Origin: Mobula hypostoma
Lineage: Eukaryota
Reading direction: 5' to 3'
Assembly: GCF_963921235.1 (NCBI RefSeq)
Contig: NC_086097.1
Coordinates: forward strand, 245,708,001-245,772,000
DNA length: 64,000 nucleotides
How positions within the stretch are numbered: the first letter of the stretch is position 1; the number at the start of each line of letters is the position of its first letter. Positions 1-10,903 of the stretch are shown here, in pieces. The notes under the pieces were generated by a model. That model had not been told where the DNA came from. It searched no databases and saw nothing but the letters and a program-made list of their open reading frames with translations. The position numbers and the translations under genes were made by a program.

Positions 1-218
1 ACTGAGGGATCAGATTGTACAACAGGTCTGTTGTGGGATTTGACAGGCAATTTCCCAATGTGATGCCATAAGACACTGGAGCAGAATTAGGCCATTCGGC
101 CCATCGAGTCTGCTCCACCATTCCATCATGACCAATTTGTTACCCCTCTCAACCCCATTCTCTTCCCTTCTCCCCGTAACCTTTGACACCCTGACTAAGC
201 AAGAACCTGTTAAGCTCC

Positions 219-606
219 TGTCATGATGTGCATTGGAACTCAAGTGCAGAAGAACGACAGACTCTAATGCAGAGATAGCGATGAGCTCTTATTCATAATA
301 ATTCCAGAAGAACACCGCGAGAAGTAACATTCTCAAAACTAGGACCCCGTGATTAACACTAATCAGGCATCCGCTGAAATAATACAAGTAACACAGAACC
401 CCAAACATATCAAAATAAACTCAACAAGTTTAAACAGAAATTACCAGGAGACCACATTACAAAGAGCGAGTCACTTGAGAAAAAGACAAGGAATTCTGAA
501 CAATTAGTAACTCTTGTTAAACAACAATTAACCAATTCAGATGCTCTAGAAACCTCGAAGCCCAACACTCTCCAGTGCCTCTCACAGGCCTGAAGAACTC
601 ATTACA
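219..606. mobile_element. Solo LTR (Gypsy-like)
   Basis: Starts TGTCATGA and ends TCATTACA (TG…CA with short terminal inverted repeat). 5-bp TSD GCTCC at 214-218 and 607-611. Interrupts the CR1 fragment. Confidence 0.75.
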
Positions 607-821
607 GCTCCACTTTAAATATACCCAATCACTGGCCTCCCTAGCTGTCTGCAGCAATGAATCCTACAGATTCACCACCCTCTTGTGAAGAAATCACTTG
701 ACATTTCGGTTCTAAAGGGACAACCCTGTATTCTAAAGCTGTGGCCTCTGGTCTTAGACTCCCTCAACTATAGGAATCATCCTCTCCCTCTCCACATTCA
801 CTCAATCTAGGTCTTTCAATA

Positions 822-1366
822 CCCACCCCATTCCCGTTCTGACATGTCTATCCACGGCCTCCTCTACTGTAAAGATGAAGCCACACTCAGGTTGGAGGAA
901 CAACACCTTATATTCCATCTGGGTAGCCTCCAACCTGATGGCATGAACATTGACTTCTCTAACTTCCGCTAGGCCCCACCTCCCCCTCGTACCCCATCTG
1001 TTACTCATTTTTATGCACACATTCTTTCTCTCACTCTCCTTTTTCTCCCTCTGTCCCTCTGAATATACCTCTTGCCCATCCTCTGGGTCACCCCACCCCC
1101 CTGTCTTTCTTCCCGGACCTCCTGTCCCATGATCCTCTCGTATCCCCTTTTGCCTATCACCTGTCCAGCTCTCGGCTCTATCCCTCCCCCTCCTGTCTTC
1201 TCCTATCATTTTGCATCTCCCCCTCCCCCTCCAGCTTTCAAATCCCTTACTCACTCTTCCTTCAGTTAGTCCTGACGAAGGGTCTCGGCCTGAAACGTCG
1301 ACTGCGCCTCTTCCTATAGATGCTGCTTGGCCTGCTGCGTTCACCAGCAACTTTGATGTATGTTGC
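822..1366 (+). mobile_element. Penelope-like element (PLE) 3' fragment
   Basis: Encodes the PLE C-terminus (HSDMSIHGLLYCKDEATLRLEEQHLIFHLGSLQPDGMNIDFSNFR*); homologous to 53105-53640. 10-bp direct repeat TCTTTCAATA at 812-821 and 1367-1376. Confidence 0.85.
1268..1303 (+). ncRNA. Minimal type-I hammerhead ribozyme motif in PLE 3' end
   Basis: agtc-CTGACGA-a-ggg(tctcgg)cct-GAAAC-GTC-gact: complete core, stem I agtc/gact, stem II, palindromic ACGT stem III; predicted cleavage after C1299. Confidence 0.75.
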
Positions 1367-1775
1367 TCTTTCAATATTCAATAGGTTTCAATGAGAACCC
1401 CCTGCCCATTCTTATGAACTCCAGTGAGTATTGTACCAGAACCATCAAACTCTCCTCATAACGGGACCCTAACAAGACGGTACCTGGCCATTAGATTGCT
1501 GATGTCGAGCAGTGGTTCCCAGTGACAGACGGGTTTCCACTTATTCAGTTCGTCTCAGACCTCTGTGTGTAGCAGCACATTCACATCAGTTTGAGATTTG
1601 GTGAAGTTCTAATGGATTACAAGCTGACAGGTTACAAGTAACCTGATAAAGTTTAATTAGTACCACTGACAATAGGTTTATTTGAGAATTAAGTTTTAAG
1701 AATGTTGTATTTTCCTTCTCCCATTTCTAATAATTCTATCAGGTATTTCTATTGTATTTTTTTATTTTCCCGTAA

Positions 1776-2545
1776 ATTAAAGTTCAAAGTAAAATTTATT
1801 ATCAGTCACCACATACAACCCTGTGAATCTTTTTCCTGTGGGCATACTTAACAAATCTATAGAACAGTGACTGTAAACAAAATCAATGAACAACAAGCGA
1901 GTATAAATAAATCGCGATAAATAACAAGTATGAAATAACATGAAATGATACAGCGTGAAGAAAGAAGAGAAAGAGTCCTTAAAGTGAGACCATTGGTTGT
2001 GGGACCACCAGAAATAGAATGAGTGTGGTTATCCACCCTCTTTCAAGAGCCTGATGGTTGAGGGCAGTAACTGTTCTTGAACCTGGTGGTGCGAGTCCTG
2101 AAGGCAGCAACGAGAAAAGAGCATGGCCTGGGTGGTGAGGATCTTTGATGATGTATGCTGCTTTTCTTTGGCAAGGTTTCATGTAGATGTGCTCAATAGT
2201 TGGGAGGGCTTTACCCATGATGTACTGGGCCAAATCCACTACCTTTTGTAGGGTTTTCCACTCAAAGGCATTGGTGTTCTCATAGCAGGCTGTAAACAGC
2301 CAGTCAGCACACTTTCCACCGCACATCTGTAGAAGTGTGCTAAAGTTTTTAATTACATAATGAATCTCCACAGACTCCTGAGGAAGTAGAGGCATTGTCG
2401 TGCTTTCTTCACAATAATATTTATATGATGGGTCCAGGACATGTCCTCTGAGATAGTGACACCCAGGAATTTAATGTTGATGCTCCTCTCCACCTCTGAT
2501 CCTCCGATGATTACTGGTTCACGGACCTCTGGTGTCCCCCTCCTG
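1776..2545 (-). mobile_element. Rex1/Babar-like non-LTR retrotransposon 3' fragment
   Basis: ORFs 2353-2589 and 1979-2395 give KFLGVTISEDMSWTHHINIIVKKARQCLYFLRSL and KTLQKVVDLAQYIMG…IIKDPHHPGHALFSLLPSG; (TTGAAC)-like tail. Confidence 0.7.
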
Positions 2546-2935
2546 CAGCCAGCATCACAGGAGTTGCCAGTCAGCTTTGAACTCAACATAGGACTGCCTT
2601 AGGGACTCCTGCTCTGGATTTTTTCTCAGGGTTTACTCCCGGAGCCGTTCCCATGAGCAGGTATACCTGAAAAGCAGCTGAGGATCAGGATTAGAGTTCT
2701 TCTTCTCCTAGGTGAGCTGCCAGCTATGGTTGATGAGGCCCGTCAGCCCAAAGCGACTGGTGGCATTAACTCACCTTTGCCGTTTTCCTGTCAGTAGAAA
2801 TAGTTCTGCTGGGATTAGCAAAGTCACACGTGAAGGCCAAGAGCTGGACTTGGTTGTCAGAGGCTATTTGATACGCATGCTACCAGGAGCATTTAGGAGC
2901 TTATCCCAACTCACCCCTTCTCAGCTATGACAACC
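2546..2935. mobile_element. Dispersed non-autonomous repeat, probably RTE-derived (related copies ~21150-21520 and ~49620-50170)
   Basis: ccagcagcatcacaggagttg…aactcaac(a/g)taggactgccttaggga is shared with 49780-49840 and, inverted, with 21310-21370. Confidence 0.5.
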
Positions 2936-2989
2936 AGAATGTAAGCAGCATTATAAACAGCCTATCAGCATGTAGGCAATTCAAAGGTG

Positions 2990-5007
2990 CAGGGTAGATG
3001 CATCCCAAAGATGAAGTAGTATTCTAAAGGGAGGATGAGGCAATCATGACTGACAAGGGAAGTCAAAGGAAAAGAGAGGGCATATAATAGAGCAAAAATT
3101 AGTGGTAAGTTAGAGTGTTGGGAAGCTTTAAAAATCCAACAGAGGCAACTAAAAAGTCACAAGGACTGAAAAGATGAAATATGAAGGTGAGCTTGCCAAT
3201 AATATAAAAGAGGTTACAAAAAGTTTTTCAGATATATAAAGAATAAAAGAGAGGTCAGGGTGAATATCAGACTCTGGAAATTGATGTTGGAGAGAGCATA
3301 ACGGGGAACAAGGAAATGGCAGACAAACTGAATAAGTATTTTGCATCAGTCTTCACTGTGGAAGACACTAGCAGTATGCCAGAAATTTGAGAGTGTCAGG
3401 GGGCAGAAGTAAGTGTATTTGTTATTACTAAAGAGAAGGTGTTTGGGTAGATGAAAGGTTATGAAGGTAGATAAATCACCTGGACTAGATGGACTACATT
3501 CTGAAAGAGGTAGCAGAAGAGATTGTGGAAGCATCAGTAACGATCTTTCAAGAATCGCTAGATAGTTCTCGAGGACTGGAAAATTGCAAATGCCGTTCCA
3601 CTTATTAAAAAGGAAGCGAGGCAAAAGACAGAAAATTGTTGGTCAGTTAGCCTAACTACAGTAGTTGGGAAAATGTCCACTAACATCTAACTAGATGAGG
3701 GTTTGGGATATTTGGGGGTACATGATAAAATAGGTCAAAGTCAACACGGTTTCCTTAAGGGGAAATCTTACCTGACAAATCTGGTGGAATTCTTTGAGGA
3801 ATTAACAGGCATGATAGACAAAGGGGAGGAGGCAATGGATGTTGATTATTTGGATTTTCAGAAGGCATTTGACAAGGTGCCAAACGTGAGACTGAGAAGA
3901 TAAGAGCCCATGGTATTACAGGCAAGAAACTGGCATGGAGAGAAGATTGGCTGACTGGCAGGAGGCAAAGAGTGGGAATAAAAGGGGCCTTTTCTGGGTG
4001 GCTGCCAGTGACTGGTGGTGTTCCACAGGGAATGCTTTTCACGTTATTTGTTAACGACTTGGATGACCAATTTGACGGCTTTGTGACCAAGTTTGTGGGC
4101 AATACAAAGGTAGGTGGAGGGCCAGGTAGGGTTGAGGAAGCAGAGAGTCTGCAGAAGAACTTAGATTGGGAGAATGGGTAAAGAAGTGGTAAATGGAATG
4201 CAGTGTAGGGAAGTGTGTGGGCGTGTACTTTGGTAGAAGGAATAAAGGTGTAGACTATTTTCTAAATGGGGAGAAAATTCAAAAATCAGAGATGCAAAAG
4301 GACTTTGGAGTACTTGTACAGGATTCCCTAAAGCTTAACTTAAAGGTTGTGTCGGTAGTAAGGAAAGCAAATGCAATGTTAGCACTCATGTTAAGAGGAC
4401 AGACTATGAAGCAAGGAAGGATGTAATGCTGAGGCTTTATAAGGCTTTGGCCTGACTGCACTTGGGGTATCGTGAGCAGTGTTGGACCCCGCCTTATCTA
4501 AGAAAAAAACCAGCCAGCGTTGGAGAGGGTCCAGAGGAAGTTCATCAGAATGATTCTGGGAATGAAATGGTTAACATACAGTATTAGTACGAGTCTTTGA
4601 TGGCACTGGGCCCCTACTGGCTGGAGTTTTGAAGGTTGAGGGGAGATTCCATTGAAACCTCTCAAATATTGCAAGGTCTGGATACACTGGATGGGGAGAG
4701 AATATTTCCTATGGTGGGAGAGTCTAAGACCAGAGAGCACAGCCTCAGAATAGAGTAACGTCCATTTAGAACTGAGATGAGGAGTAATTTTCTTAGTCAG
4801 AGGGTGGTGAATCTGAAGAATCTATTCATTTCCACAGACAGTTGTGGAGGCCAAGTTATTGGGTGTATTTAAAACGGAGGTTGATATACTCTTGATTAGT
4901 CAGGGCGGCAAAGGTTACGCGAGGAAAACAAGAGAATAAATCAGCCATGATGGGGTGGCGGAGCAGAATGAATGGGCAGAATGGCCTATTCCTGATTTTC
5001 TGTCTTA
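2990..5007 (+). mobile_element. Decayed CR1-type LINE (ORF2 RT region and 3' end)
   Basis: Frameshifted pieces: IGQSQHGFLKGKSYLTNL, YLDFQKAFDKVP, VTGGVPQG, NDLDD…; CR1 3' UTR. Confidence 0.85.
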
Positions 5008-6349
5008 AGCAGGGAGCATCCCAGGGGTCTGCAGGGAGCCCACAGGCACAACCCTTTGTAGACATGACTGAGCATATGACGGAGGTTCTCCGAAACCAGT
5101 CAAAGTTATAATATACGCAAATATTTAAAACCATCGCCTCGGATATTGGGCAAAACTTCAGATGACAGAGATTCATCAATTAGTTTCACTGAGCGGAGGC
5201 AGCAACAGTTTTGAAGATCAGAAGACCGCGGAGATAAAACTGCATGAAGTCTCGGCACACTGTTTAAGTTTCCGCAATATTTGTTCTGCTTCGCCCGATG
5301 TTTTCGCAGGCAAACTCCGACAAGTTTACAAACTTGAATTTATTGAAGACAGTATCGCACTGTATATTTACAGCTGTTTCTGCCCCTCTCTGCCGTGCGA
5401 CGAAGACTGAGTGGCTTTCAAGTCCGGAGGAGGGCAAACATGACTTATGTTTGTGTGGGGAACTGGACGATTGGGGGTGGGGGGGGGGGGAAGATTGACG
5501 TCAGAGTATTTTCTTAGAAATAAATACTCGAAATGTAATCAAAGGAGATCAACCCTCTGAAGCTGACTGCTTCGTGAGGCATCCCCACCCTGTCGGAAAT
5601 ATTTAGCAAATTCTCCGAACAGTGGGCACCTACTTCTGTTCCTTTGTGTTTCACTTAAGAGGTTTCTTTGATGGGCTGACCGCGTCCTGCGCTTGAAGGG
5701 TTGAATGTATTCAAGTGCTCCGAACTGCGTTTGACTGTCTTTGTTTTCTTTTGCGGAACTGTTTATTTTTGTAGCTTCCCACGCTGTTGCTCTTGGACAA
5801 CTGCTTTTTTCTGCGTGATTTACATTCCTCGAGGCGGAATGTCTCCTGATTCTTCCGGCTGAACTGCCTTTGCGGTCCTCATTACTTAAACTGCTCGGGT
5901 TTGTTTTGCAGTTATTAGGCAGTGTAGGGTTCTTCAGCTATTGGAGAGAGGAGGGCCGGGTCGGGGAGGAAGCGCTTCAATTATTGCAGTAGTACACCAC
6001 CCGGGGGGGGGGGGGGCTACATGGGTGTGTAGGAATGTAATAGAACGGTACTGAAAGTATTGGCTATGAAAGTAATAAATGAAAAGGCAGTGCTAGGTCT
6101 ATTCCTGTAAAAAATTTTTATTACGAATGAAGTTTATTTTGTTTAAAAAGTTATTTTACTACCACGTGCTCAACTGCTTGAGGTTTTATCTGCGGTGTGC
6201 CAATGACTGGTGTTATTTACATTTGCGAATAAAGTTTTCTATTAAGGGGGCGGGGTGTGAGGAAGATTGAACCAGCCGTCGGAATCCACCTGAAGAACGG
6301 CAATTCGGGCAATTTACATTCCTCGAGGCGGAATGTCTCCTAATAGCCA

Positions 6350-7425
6350 AGCATCCTAACTATTTAACCCTAGCCTAATCAGTTGACCGCTATGTCTATG
6401 AACTGTGGGGGGAAACCGGAGCACCTGGAAGAAACCCACACGGTCTTGGGGAAAACGTAGAAACTCCTGCAGACAGCGCCGGCATTGAACCCCGAACTCC
6501 AAAGCCCGAGCGTTGCGCTCACGGCCCTAAGCTACCACGGCGCGCTGTAACGAATGACCTGTCCTGATGAAGGAGCTGGGTCCGAAACGTCGACTGTTTA
6601 TCCCTTCCTATAGATGCTGCCAAGTTCCTCCAGTACTGGTTTGCGTGTGTTAGTGTTACTCTGGTTGAGAAGCGCGCTTCTTTGCTTGGCGGTAATCTGC
6701 TGCGCCCAAACTTGCCATCGTAGCAGCCAGCGATAAACGATTGGGGATCGATTCCCGCAGCTGCCCAGAAGGAGTTATAACCGCGTGGGTTTCCTCCGGG
6801 TGCCCCGGTTTCCTCCCATACTCCAGAGACGTAAAAATTAGGGTTACTGAGTTGTGGGCATGCTACTATAGTGCTGGAAGCATGGCGCCACTGCAGGAGC
6901 ACAATCCTCGCTGACTGATATGACGCATTTCACTGAATGTTTCAATGTAAATGTGACAAATTAATCGTTTAAAATCTTTACCTTTACTAGAATAGGCAAT
7001 TGGGTCTTTTCCAACATTATCCTCCAGTTTTCAAATCTTTGACCAATCTATACTGTCTTGTGGTTTCCCTGTTATCATGTAACTTGTACAGTTTTATGTA
7101 CATGTGACAGAGAAGGCTAATCATTAATCTTTAACGGTGCGGTAGCGGGCTGCAGTCCATTTCCAGCTGGAAATACGGGGTTGGGACAATGCCCACGAAT
7201 GGAAACGACTACACGGTAGCGTAGTGGTTAGCACAGTGCTTTACAGTACAGGCGATCTGGATTCAGTTAGTTTGTACACCTGTGACCACGTGGGTTTCCT
7301 CCGGATGCTCTGGTTTCCTCCCACACTGTACCATAGTGTTAATCGGTCATTGTAAATGGTCCTGAGATTAAATCGGGGGATTGCTGGGCGGTGTGGCTCA
7401 AGGGACCGGAAGGGCATTGTTGCTC
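6350..7425. mobile_element. Cluster of tRNA-derived V-type (HE1-like) SINEs. Further copies near 14625-14870, 18890-19130, 35313-35550, 42705-42960, 43960-44215, 50555-50830
   Basis: A/B-box head (gtagcgtagtggttagcac…ggttcaattccc) followed by the V-domain gtgggtttcctccgggtgctccggtttcctccca, in both orientations. Confidence 0.7.
6561..6594 (+). ncRNA. Minimal hammerhead ribozyme motif (second PLE subfamily)
   Basis: gtc-CTGATGA-a-gga(gctggg)tcc-GAAAC-GTC-gac: intact core; stem II is GGA/TCC. Confidence 0.7.
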
Positions 7426-7489
7426 AATATATTGTGACGTCCTGGGTGGGGGCGTGGTGGACAGTCTGCCCCTGCAGTTCTAATGACCA

Positions 7490-7678
7490 AACACGAGGAA
7501 ATCTGCAGATGCTGGAAATTCAAGCAACACACACAAAATGCTGGTGGAACGCAGCAGGCCAGGCAGCATCTATAGGAAGAGGTACATTAGACGTTTCAGG
7601 CCGAGACCCTTCGTCCACTGTACCTCTTCCTATAGATGCTGCCTGGCCTGCTGCGTTCCACCAGCATTTTGTGTGTGT
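7490..7678. mobile_element. PLE-derived fold-back mini-insertion
   Basis: Inverted arms of PLE terminal sequence around a truncated hammerhead; 12-bp direct repeat TTCTAATGACCA at 7478-7489 and 7679-7690. Confidence 0.8.
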
Positions 7679-7875
7679 TTCTAATGACCAGTACTGTTTA
7701 TTGTTCTATGGTGGGATGTTCCAGTTCATTTATTGTTACATTTTAGCTTGGGTTATACAACTAAATGCTTGTGTATTTGTGGGTCACCCTAACTGTAACC
7801 GGGATGCGTGATGGTCACCTCCCCCATCTGTGTGATTCCGGTGGGGTTCACTCTCCGGGCCGTGGTGCCCAGTCT

Positions 7876-8315
7876 GATGCACTCAAACTTGGTGCAGCCA
7901 CGGCGAAGGCCCATTGGGGAAGGACCACAGTTTAAAGTTCATCACCCGCGGGAGTGGGAGGGGTCGGATGCGGAGGAGTATACCCCTCATCAGCGGGTGT
8001 GGATAGATGAATCAACATGTTGCCACAGGAGTGGCTGGAAATGTGGAAAGGTATAAACCGTAAAGGAACTTCGGTACAGAAATAAGAGTCAACGCCTGGC
8101 TTTTTATTGTCAATAAATTTTAATCTTGACTAAAGTTTGAGAGTCAACGAATGATTTATTGTAAACATCTTTATTTTGAATAAGGACTGAGTCAACGCAT
8201 GATTTATTGTAAATAACTTTATTTATTGAATAAGGACTCAGAGTCAACAAATGGTTTCTTTTGTAAATAACTTTATTTTGTACTATTTCTGAATAAAGTA
8301 TATTTTTGGGGAAAA
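7876..8315 (+). mobile_element. Tx1/L1-like LINE 3' end
   Basis: Reads DALKLGAATAKAHWGRTTV* (stop 7933-7935), recalled as a Tx1-like ORF2 C-terminus. 3' UTR has ~49-bp tandem units and an AATAAAGTATATTTTT…AAAAA tail. 5-bp TSD AGTCT at 7871-7875 and 8316-8320. Confidence 0.6.
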
Positions 8316-8486
8316 AGTCTATTACAATAAAACCGTTGTTGAGTGAAAGAGCTTCCTCGCATGTCATTATGGACCAAATGCTGGCCACAATATATAGACA
8401 GACAAGCCCAAAGCCTTCACCACGTTGAACACATTTGCAAAGAGCAGTGCCACAAGAAAGCAGCATCCATCCACCATCCAGGCCAT

Positions 8487-10903
8487 AACAGGGTTGTCGT
8501 GATGGGAGATTTTATTTTCCCAAATATTGATTGGCATCTCCCTAAAGCAAGGGGTTTAGATGGCGTGAAGTTTGTTAGATGTGTTCAGGAAGGTTTCTTG
8601 ACACAATATGTAGATAAGCCTACAAGAGGGGAGCTGTACTTGATCTGGTATTGGAAAATGAAGCAGATCAGGTGTCAGATCTCTCAGTGGTCATAATTCT
8701 ACCTCCTTTGTCATAGCATTGGAGAGGAATAGGAACAGATAAGTTAGGAAAGCGTTTAACTGGAGTAAGGGGAATTATAAGGCTATCAGGCAGGAACTTG
8801 GAAGCATAAATTGGGAACAGATATTCTCAGGGAAATGTACTGAAGAAATGTGGCAAATGTTCAGGGGGTATTTGCATGGAGTTCTGCATAGGTACATTCC
8901 AATGAGACAGGGAAAGGATGGTAGGGTACAGGAACCGTGGTGCACAAAGGCTGTTGAAAATCTAGTCAAGAAGAAAAGAAGAGCTTACAAAAGGTTCAAA
9001 AAACTCAGTAATGATAGAGATCTAGAAGATTATAAGGCTAGCAGGAAGGAGTGTAAGAATGAAATTAGGAGAGCCAGAAGGGGCCATGAGAAGGCCTTGG
9101 CAGACAGGATTAAGGAAAACCCCAAGGCATTCTACAAGTACGTGAAGAGCAAGAGGATAAGGTGTGAGAGAATAGGACCAATCAAGTGAGACAGTGGAAA
9201 AGTGTGTATGGAACCGGAGGAGATAGCAGAGGTACTTAATGAGTACTTTGCAATGGAAAATGATCTTGGCGATTGTAGGGATGACTTACAGCAGACTGAA
9301 AAGCTTGAGCATATAGATATTAAGAAAGAAGATGTGCTGGAGCTTTTGGAAAGCATCCAATTGGATAAGTCTCTGGGACTGGACGAAATCTACCCCAAGC
9401 TACTGTGGGAGGCGAGGGAGGAAATTGCTGAGCCTCTGGTGATGATTTTTGCATCATCAATGGGGATGGGGGAGGTTCTGAAAGATTGGAGGGTTGCGGA
9501 TGTTGTTCCTTTATTCAAGAAAGGGAGTAGAGGTAGCCCAGGATTTATAGACTAGTGAGTCTTACTTCAGTGGTTGGTAAGTTGATGGAAAAGATCCAGA
9601 GAGGCAGGACTTATGAACATTATGAACATATGATTAGGAAAAGTCAGCATGGCTTTGTCAAAGACAGGTCATGCCTTTCAAGCCTAATCGAATCTTTTGA
9701 GGATATGACTAAACACATTGACGAAAGTAGAGCAGTAGATGTAGTATATATGGATTTCAGTAAGGCATTTGATAAGGTACCCCAACCAAGTCTTATTGAG
9801 AAAGTAAGGAGGCATGGGATCCAAGGGGACATTGCTTTGTGGATTCAGAAGTGGCTTGCCCACAGGAGGCAAAGAGTGGTTGCAGACGGGTCATATTCTG
9901 CATGGAGGTCGGTGACCAGTGGTGTGCCTCAGGGATCTGTTCTGGAACCCCTACTCTTCGTGATTTTTATAAATGACCTGGATGAGGAAGTGGAGGGAAG
10001 GGTTAGTAAGTCTGCTGATGACACAAAGGTTGGGGATGTTGTGGATAGTGTGGAGGGCTGTCAGAGGTTACAGCAGGACATCAATGGGATGTAAAATTGG
10101 GCTAGGGGAAGTGGCAGATGGAGTTCAACCCAGGTAATTGTGAAGTGGTTCATTTTGTTAGGTCAATTATGATGGCAGATTATAGTATTAATGGTAAGAC
10201 TCTTGGCAGTGTGGAGGATCAGAGGGATCTTGCGGTCCGAGTCCATAGGACACTCAAAGCTGGTACACAGGTTGACTGTGGTTAAGAAGGCATACAGTGT
10301 ATTGGCCTTCATGAACCATGGGATTGAGTTTAGGAGCCGAGAGATAATGTTGCAGCTATGTAGGACCCTAGTCTGACCCCACTTGGAGTACTGTGCTCAG
10401 TTCTGGTTGCCTCACTACAGGAAGGACATGGAAACCATAGAAAGGGTGCAGAGGAGATTTACAAGGATTCTGTCTGGATTGGGGAGCATGCCTTATGAGA
10501 ATAGGTTGAGTGAACTCGGCCTTTTCTCCTTGGGGCGACGGAGGATGTGAGGTGACCTGATAGAGGTGCATAAGATGATGAGAGGCATTGATTGTGTGGA
10601 TAGTCAGAGGCTTTTTCCCAGGGCTGAAATGGCTGACACAAGAGGACACAGGTTTAAGGTGCTGGGGAGTAGGTACAGAGGAGATGTCAGGGGTAACTTT
10701 TTCTTACGCAGAGAGTGGTGAGTGCGTGGAATGGGCTGCCAGCGACGGTGGTGGAGGCTGATACAATAGGCTCTTTTAAGATGGGTACATGGAGTTTAGG
10801 GCTATGGGTAACCCTAGGTAAGTTCTAGAGTAAGGACATGTTCGGCACAGCTTTGTGGGCTGAACGGCCTGTACTGTGCTGTAGGCTTTCTATGTTCTAT
10901 GTT
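8487..10903 (+). mobile_element. CR1-type LINE, 5'-truncated, frameshifted ORF2 (end of endonuclease plus RT)
   Basis: ORFs 8343-10376: VVMGDFIFPNIDW, ENPKAFYKYV, SQHGFVKDRSCL, YMDFSKAFDKVP, SGVPQGSVL, SADDTK; (TTCTATG)n tail. Confidence 0.9.

Larger units (their letters stand above)
67..1465 (-). mobile_element. CR1-type LINE 3' fragment, split by a solo LTR and a Penelope-like fragment
   Basis: CR1 3' end (cataagac…ggccattcggcccatcgagtctgctcc) continues colinearly across the 219-606 and 822-1366 insertions. Confidence 0.75.
7433..8389 (+). mobile_element. Solo LTR (~310 bp after removing nested insertions)
   Basis: TGTGAC…GGCCACA termini; ATATAT direct repeat at 7427-7432 and 8390-8395; AATAAA near 8326. 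Interrupted by 7490-7678 and 7876-8315. Confidence 0.65.

Noticed and set aside
802..1374. 190-aa ORF and similar 100-190-aa ORFs (40722-41331, 53826-54398, 55289-55747, 24223-24648, 50954-51456)
   Set aside because: Antisense or off-frame translations of PLE and non-autonomous repeats; low complexity, no domain motifs.
5474..6017. Poly-G runs as G-quadruplex regulatory elements
   Set aside because: Simple homopolymers, prone to sequencing error, with no supporting context.
7213..7270. tRNA gene (also ~14625, 42710, 50558)
   Set aside because: A/B-box-like heads run straight into the SINE V-domain and lack a full cloverleaf.
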